Origin: Cystobasidiomycetes sp. EMM_F5
Lineage: Eukaryota
Direction: 5' to 3'
Length of the DNA: 60,640 nt
Assembly: GCA_051047955.1 (NCBI GenBank)
Contig: JBPGPT010000010.1
Location: forward strand, 496,001 to 556,640
Position 1 is the stretch's first letter. Every line of letters begins with the position of its first letter. Made by a program: the position numbers and the translations under genes. This document shows positions 1 through 15,100 of the stretch, one piece after another. The notes beneath the pieces are model-generated. The model saw only the letters and a program-made list of their open reading frames with translations, was not told where the DNA came from and did not search any database.

Positions 1-3000
1 GCGGCGCAAGTTCCAGACCATCGCAGAGACGCCAACTTTCTGCACACTTCTCAGACGACACTCGGCGTAGCGGCTCGTATTCTCGACATGGCTTGACCAG
101 TGAAAGCAGTCGAGATAACGGCCACGGCGAATCCAGTACTGGCTCACAAATCTTATCGGAGCGAAACGTTTTACGCAATGTACGCAGTGCAGGAAGCGAA
201 AATAGCCACAGCGGTCTCAGCGCCGGTGGATCAGGGCCATTACGGGGACCTTTCAGTCGGCTGGATAGCTCGCGCGGTCAGAGTCTGCTTGCAAGACAAT
301 CCCAATCGCAATCGCAATCGAGACATGCCAGTTTGGGTAGCGATGGGCATGCTGCGACTAGACGAAGTACTTCGGACAGTCATGGTTCGGCTACGGCGGC
401 AAACGGCGATAATGAGGGTGTTCGTCCTCGTCGAAGTTCGTTCTCGCGCGTTGCCCGCAGCGTAGGCCTACGGACTGGATTGGTTAATTCGGATGAGGAG
501 GTAGAAGAACCGGAACGTTCACGAGACGATGCCGAAGGTCGGTCTCAACAACTTCTTCCACCACATCAGCCCGATGCGATGCACGAGACTTCGCGTCCCC
601 AGGTCATGCATGCTGGAACGTCACCAGCAGGTGGCGCAGGTTTCCTGGGGCCAGCGCCTACTGCTTCCCGCGCTCGCCCGCGCACTGGCTTGCGTGCCAT
701 TACACTAGGCGATTTGAGGCGGTCAAGTAATACTAGTAATGATGAAGAAGGTGGCCCGGCCCGCAACAGGCGCGACAAAGATGACCAGGGAGGATTCAGG
801 TCGAATGCAAGAAGTCGGTGGGCAGCTTTACGGGAGAAGCTGCGCCAGGAGAAAAAGCCAGAGGAGCTCGAAAAGGGTCTTACAGGAAAAGAACTCGTAA
901 CAGATCTGTCGACCGGATTGATGAGCGTCATGATGCTAAAGATGGCCTTTGATCGAGACGAGCACGATCAGCATAGAGTAAGCTATACAAAACGTGCGAC
1001 ACACAACCGCGATTTGATCAGATTCTACCACAAACCAGGTTCCCGTCCTGCTGAATTACCTAAAATTGAGAATCACCGACTCTGTGTATCCCTTCCACAA
1101 CACCCATGCAATATTCCGTATCGAACTTGAGTATGGCGATGGGCTGCTCAAATGGGTAATCTACCGCGAGTTGCGTGACTTTGTCAATCTGCATGCTCAC
1201 TACCGAGTGGCAAACGTCAAACAAGGCTTGAACAAACTCCCGCCATTCCCGAGAACGTCCATACCGTATTTCAATAAGCTCGTAAGAGAGTCGAAAGAAC
1301 GTGGCGGTAATGTGCCGGGCAAGGCCGAATTCGCTAAATCGCAACGAGAGTCACTTGAAGATTACCTTCTTCGTCTCATTCGCTCAGTGGTCTGTCCGTC
1401 TTGCTGTAATTTGACGACCCTGTTACTAACAGCTTTCACAGATGTTCCGTCCGGAGGCCAACCGATTGTGTAAATTCTTGGAACTGTCAGCTATATCCAT
1501 TCACCTGGCTACGAAAGGAGGCGTCCAAGGCAAGCAAGGTTATTTGCGCGTTCTATCTTCGGGAGCGTCACGACGGCGTAAACCAGGCTTTCATCCGCTG
1601 GACTTTAAGAGCCGACACGAACCCAAGTGGTTCGTCGTGCGCGAGAGTTACATTCTTGCAGTTGATGAGACGTACGAGGTACGTTCAGGCTGATGCTTGA
1701 GTACCGTGGCTCGCCGACCTGATACATTGCACATAGACCAAAATCTGGGACTGCTTCCTTATCGACGAAGATTTTGCGATTGACAGGCCTCACAGACTCT
1801 ACCGTCAGGGTTTGGGTTTGTTTTCCGATGGCAAGGCTAAGACCTCCGAGAATGACAATAAAACCAATGATACGGAAGGAACTGAAGCATTGCCCGAAGG
1901 ATTGCGCGAGTACGAAGGTTACGAAGGCGTCGCTGGCGACGGCGTTGGGGACCCTAACGATCCTTCCACAACCACACTGGCGAGAGACGACCCAAAACGC
2001 CTCAAGAACACCAGTTTACATACCTTCTATATTCGAAACTCCGAACGCAAAATCAAATTGGTCGCAAAGACTGAGCGCCAGATGGATCAATTCATTGCAA
2101 GCATAGAGAAGACTGTTGCGAACTCGATCTGGGCTGGCAAGAACAGATTTGGCTCCTTCGCGCCTATTAGGCTGAATGTGGCAGCTCAATGGCTTGTTGA
2201 CGGTCGAGACTATTTTTGGAATCTATCACGAGCAATTCTCCTGGCAAAAGAGAGGGTTTATATCCACGATTGGTGGTTGAGTCCAGAACTATATCTTCGT
2301 CGACCACCGGCCGAGAACGGGCGATGGAGGTTGGATCGACTACTGCAGAAGAAAGCTGAAGAGGGCGTGCAGATCTTCATTATAATCTATCAGGAGGTCT
2401 CCAATGATTTTACGCCCGTCGATTCCGCCTACACGAAATACACGCTGACAGATCTTCATCCCAACATTATGGTGCAACGTTCCCCGAGCCATGCTCAGAC
2501 GAGGACCTTACTATGGTCGCATCACGAGAAGATGTGCGTTGTCGACGACACGATCGGTTTCATGGGCGGACTCGACCTCTGTTTCGGACGATGGGACACG
2601 CCGTCACATTCTATGATTGACGACGGTCCAGCAATCGATGACGATTTAGACCTACCTGAAAACCGTGGCAGGGAGATGTCGAAAGATCGAGAGACTTGTC
2701 AAGTCTGGCCCGGCAAGGATTACGCGTAAGATCGACTGCGTCGTCGGGCACGCTTGCTTCGCTGACATTCTGACACTCCAGCAACTCCCGCGTCAGCGAC
2801 TTTTCCAACCTGCATAAACCTTTCGAGGACGTCTTTGACCGTGCTAAGGTCCCGCGTGAGCCCTGGCACGATATTGGCTTACAAATCATTGGTCAGCCTG
2901 CTCGAGACTTGTGCAGACATTTCATACAACGGTGGAATCTGCTTCTACGCAGTAAAAATCACAAACGTTTCATGCCGTTCCTACTGCCGCCAGCGGACTT

Positions 3001-5407
3001 TACTGCAAAGGAACTAGCCGATTTGCAACTGACTGGAACATGTGAAACGCAGATATGTCGATCAGCAGGACCCTGGTCGATAGGGACACCCAACAAGATT
3101 GAGCATTCCATTCAGACCGCCTACATTAAAGCAATTCAGCTGTCTGAGCACTTCGTTTATATTGAGAACCAATTTTTCATTACTAGCACGGAGGTCGTCG
3201 GCGTGTCTGTCGAGAACAACATTGGCAATGCTCTGGTTGAGAGAATCATCCGGGCCCATCGAGATGAGGTGCCATGGAGGTACGATCAAGAATCGCTTCT
3301 TCGCACCTTACCTAATTTCGCTTTTATATCGTTCTTTACCAGGGCGATCATTCTCATACCTCTAGAGCCCGGCTACCCCATGCCGGTGGACCATCCTGAC
3401 GCCGGATCGGTGCGTCTCATCATGGCATGCCAATTCCAATCAATATCGCGCGGTGAACACTCGATCTTTGCCCGGCTGCGAAGGGAGGGCATCGATCCGA
3501 ACGAGTACATTAGCTTTTACAGTCTGAGAAGCTGGGCTCGTATGCAGGATGGTACACTTGCGACATCGGATGTAAGCCAGAAAGTACACGTTCGATGTTG
3601 ACGCTGATGTCAGAACATATGCCGCAGATATACATACATGCCAAATGTATGATTGTCGACGATCGAATTGCTCTCATCGGATCTGCGAATATTAATGAGC
3701 GATCACAACGGGGAGACCGTGATTCGGAACTCTTGTGCGTTGTTCGAGACACAGATATGATGGACAGTACCATGGCGGGCAAGCCATTTCAAGTCGGACG
3801 TTTTGCTCACACCTTACGAATCCGGCTTATGAGGGAACATCTCGGTATCGACGTTGACGATCTCGAGGCGAAAGAGGCGGCTATGGATCTGATGAACCGT
3901 GAACCTGTGCAAGACGCCAACGATATTGACGTATGGGACCCTACCAACGAACAGGTGTCGGGGGACCAAGATATTACATCCAGCAAAGGCCATCGCACGA
4001 GATTTGCGGATACGGCGGGAAAAGCGGGGACAATGGTGACGGAGCTTGTGAAGGGCGCGTCTGAAGCAGTCGGGATCGGTGCAGATCGTGCAATGCCGAA
4101 CGTGAGGGAAGATGCTGCATCTCTAGCACATCCCGGAAAACGGGAGGAAAGTGGACACACGACATTGTCGGAAACAGGTGCACCATCAGAAGGCGATCGC
4201 ATAGTCACTGGAAAAGAAGATGGCAAGGGCTACGCAAGCACGGTAGTCCCTACTTTGGAAGAAAAGACTTTGCGAGAAGCCAGACCTGCAACATCGTATG
4301 ATGCAAAGTCCGGTGATAACCGTCCAAGCCGCAGTCCGCAAAAGTCTGCAAGATTCGCCAAAGACGTCAAAGGCGGCGGCGAAAACATGGATGACCTTTC
4401 GCAGACACTCGGGCAACATACGACGATGATCAGTCCAAATGCTAGTGATACGCGGCAGTTCGCACGTGAGGACGAACATACAACACATCAGTTGCCTGGC
4501 GATGTGCAACACGCTTCTGAACACCAGAGCAGTGCGAAAGCTGATGTGGCATCGCCAACCGCGAGCACTGTCCGAGACGCACAAGATCATCCGGTCCGAG
4601 GTCACCGACGTTTTGGCAGTGCAGCAACTACAAACTCGCTTGTCTCACCTTCAGAAAAGTCTGTCAATGGCGTCAAGAGCAATGAGCAGATTGCCAATTC
4701 CAACAAAGCGACAGATGCGATCCGTAAAAGCTTGGCAGGCAAAATGAACCAGTACTCGCTTCCCACTAAAGCGCCGTATATCGATGCGAAGAAATTCGCC
4801 GACCCGCTCATTGATAGCTTCTACAAGGACATGTGGATTGCAGGTGCGTGCCAAGTAGTCTCTCGTTTGTTCAATGAGCATGAACGAAAAATTGACTTTT
4901 CGATACAGCTGCTGTGCGCAACACCCAGATCTATCGCAAGGTATTTCGGTGCACACCGGACGATCTAGTGACAACATGGGCGATGCTAAGAGAATGGTCC
5001 ATGTGGGGACGGCGGCATGAGAAACTAGGTAAAGGTCCAGCGACAGGCAAGACTACTGACTCGCCCAGCAATGGACCTGGAACGACTCCGGTGACAGACG
5101 AGGATCCGGAAAAGATGGCTCAAAAGAGCCCTTCTGACAATATAAGCGAGACGGAGCAAAAGAAGCGGAGCAAGCAGCAAATGGAAGAAGCATTTACAGA
5201 AGATGAGATTGATCAGATGGAGGCTCTACTGCAGGAGGTAACAGGTCAACTCGTCATATACCCTACAAGATACTTGGAGGGCGAATCTGCCGGTGGAAAC
5301 TTCCTGTGGGCAAAAGACCGCATTCCACCCATTGGTGAGTATACGCCATCCTGTCTTGTTGAAATTTGCCAAGACTGACGTGCACAATATTAGCTATATA
5401 CGACTAG
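1..5407 (+). CDS. SPO14: Phospholipase D1 (PX-PH plus two HKD motifs), multi-exon, 5' end outside window
   Basis: Frame is open from base 3, so the start lies upstream. PX-like FRIELEYGDGLLKWVIYREL, WLVDGRDYFWNLSRAI, HKD1 HHEKMCVVD, HKD2 YIHAKCMIVDD and GSANINERS. The last exon gives ...PPIAIYD with TAG at 5405-5407. Confidence 0.93.
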
Positions 5408-5518
5408 GAGAGCTCGTCTTCGACGGACACTGTACTGGTTCCTGCTATTATCTTTATTATACATGTAGTTGATGCACATACATGCCGAATCTGCCAAAGA
5501 TTGCATACATGCTTACAA

Positions 5519-7414
5519 TCACGATGCATGCAAGAGCGCGTCAGAGTCTTCAGCTACGGTCTTGTCAATTTCTGGCTGAGGTAGCTCATGCGGACCGTCC
5601 TCATCGGTAGGAGTTGGCGGCACAACGTGCGCATGACTCTCCTTGTCGATTGTAGCCTCTTGCAGTCCACCGACTCGTGGTTCACGAAGTAGCTCACTGA
5701 TGGATTTCCTCGGCTTCTTTGGCGTCTTGAGACGCCTTCGCGTGACCATGACTGGGGCTGAGCTTTTTTGAATGAGGTAGTGGGAAGTACTGCCGAGTAT
5801 GATGCCCTTGAGACGTGAAAGCCCCCGAGACCCGGTAATAACCATGACGGGGTGGACGTAATCGATGAGATCAATCAACATGTGCCGTGCTTGCTTGGCG
5901 TGTATCGCTTGACAGACGACAGTCACTCGAAGGCGGGTTCGTTCTAGCAAAGCGGTAGCTACGTTTCGAAGTCAGCATCGCGTGCTATCGGGGTCTGAAC
6001 TTCTCGCACAAGCGTAGCAAGGGGCGAGTTGACCTCACCTTCTCTCGCCAATTGTAAAGCTTTACTCTGTCGATCTTGTTGATTCCGAGTCTTTGCAGTC
6101 TTGTCGGCTCTACTCTCCTTCTCCGGATCCACTGTTCAGTAGGAAAGCGATATCAATTGTCAGAAGTCTACGAATGTATGTGCGTCGGCAGGTACAGGCC
6201 AGCTCACATTTGGCGTCCGTCTCAATAACGGTCACTATTAGGAGTTCATCGCCGTTCCGCAGTACTGTCCCTATGGCCCACTCGATGGCATAGTACGCTT
6301 CCTCCGATAGATCGCTGGCTACGACGTACGTCTTGCTTCGCCGTAAAGAGCGACGGCTCTCAGAGGGAGAATGGGGGTTGTTTGGGTCTGAAGGCTGTAC
6401 AGATGGAGGGGTGGAAGGTCGCGAAGGGCCGGGAGATGCAAAGACATCGATTTGGTGAGCGTAGTGCTCCGGACTCCCCTGAGTCAGAGTGATTGTACAT
6501 CTATTGCGCTCAAAGACTGGACGACTCGAGACGAGCTGCAGTGGCTTTCGGGGCGAGATTGTACGCCCGCCGTGATGACCAACAGGAACCATGCGAGGTG
6601 AAGTGGTTGGAGATGATGAGCCGCTACTTGCGTCTTCGTCTATAGTTGGAAAAGTCGGGTCTGCGTCATGGGCACTCGCGACTGCTTGAAGGAGCAAGAC
6701 TGTATCTTTGCTAATGGTCATGTTGGGTCCATCCTCGTATGCGTCTGCGACGGCGTTTAGAGCTGCTCCGTCTGGGCCCTCGAGGAATTCTGCAGCACGA
6801 ATGCGTTTACCGGCATTGGCTTCTGTATTTCGCAAGAGAGTGGGGTCCACATCGCTCAGATCTTCTACGTCAATATCGACGGCGCTTCCTTGAGTAGGGC
6901 GGCCATTTTCTTCATCATCAGCATACTCGTGCTCGCCTAGATCGTTGTCGCTTGCTTCTGAAGCTGCTGCTGCCGCTGCAGCGGTCAAGCGTGCAGTCGG
7001 TCGGATGGACGGTCGAAGGACGGCCGAGTTGGTGGATATTGGCTTGAGATTTCGCAGAGGGCGGAGAGGGCGAAGTGGAGCGTTGGAAGAGGTGGTGGAT
7101 GGCTTTGAGAGCGACAGTCTCTCCATCGACGTCGTCGGAGAATGGTCCGTCTCGCTCTCCGGTCCAGTTTCCTCTCCTCCTTGGCCGTCTACACTGCGGT
7201 ACCCGCTTCCAACTGCACCTGCAGCCTCGCCATCGCTCAGATCAAGAGAGCTCCTCGACCTCCCATTCCTGCCAGCATACGGACCGGGCGACCTGGACCG
7301 CAGTCGGAAGAGTCCCCCCAGCCGGCTTGCACGGCGCTTCTTCTCGTCGACTGGGTTGCCGTGACTCTCCCCCTCGCCGTTACTAGTACCAGGGAGCTTT
7401 ATCTTTGGCAGCAT
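5519..7414 (-). CDS. Universal stress protein (UspA) domain protein with long low-complexity N-terminus, multi-exon
   Basis: YVVASDLSEEAYYAIEWAIGTVLRNGDELLIV and MVITGSRGLSRLKGIILGSTSHYLIQKSSAPVMV are USP hallmarks. Confidence 0.85.
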
Positions 7415-7689
7415 TACATTGCCAAAAGCAAGGGCTGCTTTGACGGCTGTCGGGTTGCGGAGATTTGAAGAGATACAGTATAATGGTCACGTGATTGATA
7501 TCGCACAAGTGTGAATTGAGACGCAGCGTTGCGACGGGGAGCTACCAGAGGGTGCTAGGACTGTTGATATATATAAATGAAACTGCTCGAATTGGGTAGC
7601 GCAATCTGGGGGAGTGGCAGCCGAGTTGTACTGATACAAGTAACGTTAACGGGAACGCGTCCTCGCTGTCCGCCAACCAACATGAAAGC

Positions 7690-8911
7690 ATGCCGATACG
7701 CAGAAGCGCAAAGGCTGTCACTGTGACAAACGACGACGACAACGACAACGATGTAGCGATACACCCTACGAAAAACAAGGGCAAAGGCCGAGCAGAGGTC
7801 CAGGATGTGACGCCGGCAGCAGACTATACCGACTTTTTGTCATTCAACGGCAAGCGGACACAGGATCTTCAAATGCTGTCATTAATGCTGTCTCCTCTGT
7901 CTACTTGCAGAGACTGTCCAGTTCGTTGTTGAGTTCCGTACGTTGGTCGATCTGAGATTGTGCATACGTGACGGCTTATGCATCTTGAGGCGCGCAGTCG
8001 AAGTAGCTTTCCACACTATTCTGTTCCTTCGACAAGTCTACCCTCCGCGTACGTAGCCCTTACCTTACGCATAGGTCGATTGCACTGCAACTTGTTCATC
8101 CGCCAGACATCTTTGCGCGAGCAAAAAAGTACGAAACACCTGTGTGGAGATCAAGGGTACCCATGCTGCAGACCTATCTAGCCGATGCCGCAAAAGCCGT
8201 AGGGGAGCAACTGAGTACGGGCGCCGTCAAGCAGATTTGTCTCACAATCAGATCAGTCGTAACTGGACGGTTTCTCGAGACGTTTGTCTTTGATTTCGAG
8301 TTTATCGGCGTGAGCAGGCTGTTTTGGGCGAGCGCCACGGACAAGGAGACAAAGTGGGCAGAAGGGTCTTACACTCCACCCGCCTAATGAGCTCACTTTT
8401 CCAGTTAGGATTGAAGGCAGTCCTAGTCGAGCTCAATTGGCAATGCTGCTAAGGGGTTTGCTCGTCAAGCTCAATGTGACCGAAGGCCAGCTGTCTGCTT
8501 GTTTGGAAGGTAAGCAGTACCGACTCATTTCAACCAATACATACTTACATAATAGACAGAAGAGACAACCTTCGACATTGGCGTCCGTATGCGCGACGAT
8601 ATTCAAGTTGACCCAACAGCCGTAGACCGCAGTAAAGGCAGAGAGCCTCTGTGGATACCGGGTCAGGCTGATCGGGACAGGATGGTGTCCATTCCAATAA
8701 GAACAGTGAACCTCGGCGTTATCAATGTAAGTCGTCACCTCTGTTGACTAGCTGGATAGACTGCAAATTGACGCAGTTCCGCGGGAACCAGATGCAAATG
8801 TTTGTGCAGGAGAACACTGCAAAGACTGGCAGTAAAGACAAGCCAGAGGCAGACATAGAAGATTTCCCCACAACAGCAACCGACAAAGGCAAGAAGAGGG
8901 CGCACAACTGA
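7690..8911 (+). CDS. REV7: HORMA-domain protein, DNA polymerase zeta accessory subunit Rev7/MAD2L2-like, multi-exon
   Basis: Splicing gives ETVQFVVEFLEVAFHTILFLRQVYPPHIFARAKKYETPVWRSRVP...LETFVFDF. The first intron is GC-AG (7850-7910). TGA at 8909-8911. Confidence 0.8.
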
Positions 8912-9236
8912 TGCGCACAGGTGTCCAATGCAGAGCGTAGTACAGAGGCATATGATAGAAAGGTTACTCTACTTGATGTGCGCCATTGTGGTTCTGCGCG
9001 TATGGAGGAAGAAGAGCATGCATGTGCAGTAATCTCAATTGCATGGCTGAACGATACGATCAATCCAACAAACACCGAAGGAGGGCTGCAGATAACTGTT
9101 GTACCCTTCAAGATTCCGTCTGAGGGTTCGTACACATCTGCAACTCCTGAGAACGGCCTGTGTGTTGACGTTTGCAGCGTGAGTCTGCGACTAAGACTCC
9201 TTTGGAGTTTCAGGCTCGAAACGCGAGACGAGGCCA

Positions 9237-11856
9237 TTATGTCATCGGAGGAGTCGCCATCCAATGACCTTGGTCCGTCCGGTAAACGATGCCATCCATC
9301 TCTGCAATAATCAGGAAGGCTTCCAGAGTGACCAAAGATCGAGGGCTGTAGCCAGGCGCTATCGCTTCCAATATGCGATGCAGCCTCTCTGCCGGCAAAG
9401 CGCCCAGGTTGGTCAGAACTCCGTCGATTGCCTTCTCAAATTGTCGCATGTCTTGCATTTCGGCCTCACGGATAGTGTCTGCCAGAGAAGCTGAGTCTTC
9501 GGGAGCGATCACTATGTCTTCCTCGGCTGATAGATACCATCAGCGAGACCGGTGTTTCTGGAGATTGCCAACTGCTTACGCGGTTCAGGAGACTTTGAGA
9601 CAGCCGGATCTCCATTGTCCGCCACCAAGTCCTCGGCATCTTCTGCGGCGGCCCACACTTGCTCGTCATCTGCACTGTCGCCAGGCATACATTTGATGAC
9701 ACTTTTCCCTTCCCAGAAGCGTAGCGTCGCTTTCAATACATCTATATTCGTTATCGATAGCGCTTCCTGAACGGCGATCAGTGAAGCAGCTGTAGCAACG
9801 CATTCAGCAAACTTTCTGTTCCCTTCACTCTACCGAGACCCACGCTTTTCCGCGATGATCTCTAATACAGATGCCTGCAGAGGCGATACGCGCATGGTGA
9901 CTTGACTTCCCGCTCGTTCAATCACGATTTCGACACTGCCTTTACTCGGTATCCATTTCAATGACTTCTCTGGCTTCAAGCTGTGGTACGCCTTCGAGTA
10001 AGCTTTGACACAGCTGCTAAGTAGACGAGGCAAGCGGAAATTCCATTGACCGTTTTCAGGCCAGTACAAATGGGATATGATTGTCGCGTGGGCGTTCGAA
10101 GGGGCATTGACTCGTCCAGCGACGGGATCCTGCGCGTGCAAGGCGGAATCGATGCGTTTCGAATCGGCACAATCTTTCAGCATGACCTCCAGCCCTGCGA
10201 GAGCCTGATCTCCGAATCGCATCTTGAGTATCTCGATATTGCGCACTTCTCGCGAGTAGTCGTAGCTTGTGACTCGAAGCAGCCGAGTGGCATGCAATGC
10301 TTGCAACTCCTGGACAAAGGCTTCTTTGCTGTCGTATATGCTGACGAGCAATTGTATCACATCTGCAGCACTGTTCCGGGCAAAGTTGACTGGCGCATTG
10401 ACCGGAGCCGGGATCCAGCATAAATTGTCGTCTCTAAAGTCATCCACTTCGTTCTCATCATTGCTGTGTAGAAGGCCGGCGGAAGAGCCGTTAGAAGGAA
10501 GACCGGCTGTATCCGCAGGATTTCCCTGCAAGAGCTCGCGCAACAGCTCATTATCTTCGTCTACCATGCCATGCACGATGCACCTAATCGTGTCAGGCCG
10601 GTTCCGTAGATACAATCGAATTGGTGAAGCGACGCGAGCGAGAAGGAGACCAGCAGGATCCACGATGCGCAATACTCTGACGATATTGACATATTGGCTG
10701 ATGATATCTTTTGTATCGGCTCCGGGATGTAGCAGCCGCTTCTTGATCTGTGCTCCAAAATGCTTGACCAGATAGTCACGCTGATCAACCTTGTCCAGAC
10801 AGGTTTTGAGATCCTGCACCCCCGGAAGGGAAGTGGGATAATCGACAATGATGTCAAAGAGGTCATCCACTCGCATACGGAAGAGTCGCGAATAGATGTA
10901 CCATTCGAAGCGCTGCATGGAGTGTCTCAGAGACTTGTGTACGCGTAGAAGAATGGCCTGGCTGGCTGCTTCATTGGTAGAATCGTCGGTGAATGCCAAT
11001 GCGGACATTGTCGCGAGTCTCGTGCCTATGTCCGTCTGAAGCCAGCGGAGTAGATCGCCGATAATGTCATTTGATGAGAAATCGGCAACGGCAACCTGAT
11101 CAATACGATCGTCGATGAATGTGTAAACAAGAGTGAAGACTGCAGGCTCGAAGCGCTCCATGAGGCCTAGATAATGCATTGCGCGAATGGTGTTTTGCAT
11201 CTCGACGGGTATCTGCGCAGGTGTTTGTGAATATGGCATGTCCTGGGGAGATTTCCCGTTATCGATAGGCAAATTGAGGTAGTTTACGAAAAACTGCCTC
11301 CACGCTGCTAGAAAGTCAGCTCGAGTCAAGCATCGATGCAGGCGATTCAAGAATGAGAGGCGGAATTGGGCTGGAGGGTTGAGAGAGGACAGCTCTTGCG
11401 GGTTGAAGCCTTGCATGTTAAGAGCCTGGTAGGGCTGAATCCATACTTGAAGATAGGTGGCCAGACGGATGAGTAGATTTGACAGATCACCCCTAGCTAG
11501 ATGTCGTTCTACTTCTCCGCAGATAATGCTTTCGAAACACGCTTCTTCCTGGCCTGGCGTGACATGTTCAGTCCATGGTCATCATTTCCGTCCTGTCATT
11601 GCATACCTATCAGCCAGCCGAGCAGCCGGGGCACGAGTCCTACGCTATGGAGCAGATTGACGGCGTCCACCACGCGTTGCGAGGGGTCCAAGCCATGACG
11701 GCTGTCGTCGAGTGGCACAGGCCGCAGAAAGGCCGTCGCTTCATTCCAGGCTTGCAGGGTGTCGCTAACGTCAAGGCGAGTGCCATCTGACGATGTTGGG
11801 ACGAGCGATGCTTCCGCCGCTTCCCATACTGCAGCAACGTCGACAGAGGTGGTCAT
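9237..11856 (-). CDS. APC2: Anaphase-promoting complex subunit 2 (cullin homology), multi-exon
   Basis: LFDIIVDYPTSLPGVQDLKTCL, RLLHPGADTKDIISQYV, LLVSIYDSKEAFVQE, LKMRFGDQALAGLEVMLKD, and a C-terminal winged-helix-like GVLTNLGALPAERLH. Confidence 0.9.
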
Positions 11857-12156
11857 AGTCTCGCAGCTGCATTATCGTGGGCGATGTTACAGCCTGGTGT
11901 AGAGCTGCTCGTATCCAACTAACAATCAGTCAGTCAGTAGCATGATCCTTGCTTCTCGCATCATGTCTGATTGCAACGGCGTCAAGGTCTATACGCTGCC
12001 CAGTTCTTGCACTCAAACCGACAGGACTCCAACGACGCTGGCCTCAGAACAACCAACACGATACTGGCCGTGCGAGCATTCAGGGCTGTTAACGCAGCCT
12101 GGTCGCCGCTCCCGTCCACAAGTTAGCGGCCGACGAGCCAGCACTCGACCAAAATC

Positions 12157-15100
12157 ATGGAAGGCTACGAAGGATCCCTGTACGAGGATGAGGGCGGGCC
12201 CATCACGCAGGAAGATGTGTGGCTCGTAGTCAGCAGCTACTTTTCCGAAAAGACGCTCGTCTCGCAGCAGGTCGCCTCTTTCAACGAGTTTGTCACAAAT
12301 ACCATGCAGGAACTCGTCGACGAGAACGCTACCCTCATCCTCGACCAGAACTTGCAGTACACCGGCAGAGACGCTGACGAGACGAGGAGGTACGAGGTCA
12401 AGTTTGGCCAGATCTATCTCTCCCGCCCGACGCACACCGAAGCGGATGGAAGTGTCGCCCCCATGTTTCCAAACGAAGCTCGTCTACGGAATCTCACCTA
12501 CTCCTCGCCGCTGTACGTCGACGTCGAGCAGAGGATGCTCAAGCACATCCAAGGAGAGTACAATAGCGAGACCGGCGAGCCTATATGGACGCCGGTAGAT
12601 CCGTCTGGCCAGCAGAATGGTGCAGAAGACGAGGACGGGAATCCAATCGGAGCACAGACGTCAAAGATCTTTCTCGGAAAGGTACCAATCATGCTCCAGT
12701 CCGACTTTTGTATCCTCCAGCCTCAGGAGGAGGCGTCCCTGTTTGAGCTGAACGAATGTCCTTATGATATGGTGGGCGAGCGTCTTTATGAGGACTGAGG
12801 TATTCACCCTTGACTCTTTACACGTAGGGAGGCTACTTTATAATCAACGGCTCGGAAAAGGTACTCATAGCCCAAGAGCGCACGGCCGCCAACCAAGTCT
12901 ACGTATTCGCCAAGGCGCCCCCTTCGGCGGTCACGTATCAAGCAGAGATCCGGAGTGCGGTCGAAAAGGGCGGAAAGACAATTTCACAATTGACAGTCAA
13001 GATGTCAGCGCTCAAGCATTCCGCTGATGTGGGTTTCTGTGGCCGGAGCAGCAAGATTACATGTTTGGCAACTGATACCTTCGTTTCTTCAAATGTAGAG
13101 TGGCACGACGGGTCAAGTCATGCGGACAACATTGCCGTATGTCCGAAACGATATACCAGTCGTCATCGTCTTCCGGGCCCTCAATGTTATATCCGACAAG
13201 GATGTACTCGAGCATATCTGTTATGATCGCAACGACATGGAATTGTTCGAAATGATGAAGCCATGTCTACAAGAAGCGTCGCCGATCCAAGATCAGGAAT
13301 TGGCTCTCGATTTCATCGGGCGTCGTGGTTCTACAACCGGTCTCAATCGCGAACGGCGTCTGCGCTACGCTTCGGAAATTCTGCAAAAAGAAATGCTGCC
13401 GCACATTTCCATGTCGGAGAACCAACAAAACAAAAAGGCCTACTTTTTTGGTTACATGGTTCATCGCCTACTCCTAGCGGCACTTGAGAGGCGAGAGTTG
13501 GACGACAGAGATCATTACGGTAGAAAACGCTTAGATTTGGCAGGTCCGCTATTGGGTGCATTATTCCGTATGCTCTTCAGAAAGCTCACCAGAGACGTGT
13601 ATCGACATTTGCAAAAGGTAGGTCTCCGTGCGTGTGTATCAAAATCGCCAGCTGACTAGAACGCAATTGAACAGTGCGTGGAAACACAGAAAGAGTTTGA
13701 TCTCGTCGAAGCCATCAAGCCGAATACTATCACGAATGGTCTGAAGTACTCGCTCGCTACTGGTAATTGGGGAGATCAGAAAAAGGCCATGCAAGCAAAG
13801 GCTGGCGTATCTCAAGTGCTGAATCGGTACACATTCGCCTCGACACTGTCTCATTTACGTCGTTGCAACACGCCTATCGGCAGAGACGGCAAGATTGCCA
13901 AGCCACGCCAGCTTCATAATTCACACTGGGGTATGGTTTGCCCTGCGGAGACTCCAGAAGGACAAGCATGTGGCTTGGTCAAGAACTTGGCTTTGATGGC
14001 CTATATCTCTGTCGGATCACCATCCGCACCGATTGTCGAATTTCTGGAGGAATGGGGCATGGAGAACTTTGAAGAATTCTCCTCAGACTTGTCACGCAGT
14101 ACAAAGGTTTTCGTCAATGGCGTCTGGCAAGGTATACATCGGGATCCGGCCCAGCTTGTGCAGACAATCAAGAAACTCAGGCGGTGCGGGGATATATCGT
14201 CGGAGGTGTCGGTCGTCCGGGATGTCCGAGAGCGGGAGTTGCGTATCTTTACCGATGCTGGACGAATTTGCCGACCATTGTTCATCGTCGAGGACAACCT
14301 CGAGCTTGCAATAAAGAAGCATCACATCAACTGGCTTACAGAGGGCGAAGATCCGGAAGGCAATCCCTTCAGATGGCAGCAATTGGTTGATAATGGCCTG
14401 GTCGAGTATCTCGATGCAGAGGAGGAGGAGACGGTCATGATCAGCATGACACCGAAGGATCTTGAGGAGGTCCGCGAATACCAGCTCACTGGCAAGGTTA
14501 TGGAAGTCCCCCTGGAACTGGGTGCTCGAATCAAACCAAGTGTCGCTACGTACTGCCAAACATGGACACATTGCGAGATCCACCCTGCCATGATTCTGGG
14601 CATCTGTGCTTCCATCATTCCCTTCCCCGATCATAACCAATCTCCCCGAAACACCTACCAATCTGCCATGGGGAAACAGGCGATGGGCATTTTCCTCACG
14701 AATTATCAGGTGCGTATGGACACCATGGCAAACATTCTATATTATCCGCAGAAGCCGCTTGCTACTACCCGCTCAATGGAGTACCTCCGGTTCAGAGAAC
14801 TGCCTGCTGGCCAGAATGCTATTGTTGCCATTCTTTGCTACTCTGGCTACAATCAAGAAGACTCTGTCATCATGAACCAAAGCAGTATTGATCGCGGTCT
14901 CTTTCGATCTTTCTATTATCGTGGCTACATGGATCAGGAGAAGCAGCAAGGTAGCGTCACCGTGGAGGAATTTGAGAAACCTACTCGCGAAACTACATTG
15001 AGCCTCAAGCGGGGCACTTACGATAAGCTGGAGCATGACGGCATCGTTGCACCGGGCACTAGAGTCAGTGGAGAGGACATCATCATCGGCAAGACGGCGC

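Noticed and set aside
303..320. CAATCG tandem repeat, and GAC/AAC repeats near 7730
   Set aside because: They encode low-complexity protein (QSQSQS, DDDNDND) and are not independent elements.
1..5407. SPO14 as a sign of a mating-type locus, as in Cryptococcus
   Set aside because: No pheromone, receptor, homeodomain or STE genes in the window.
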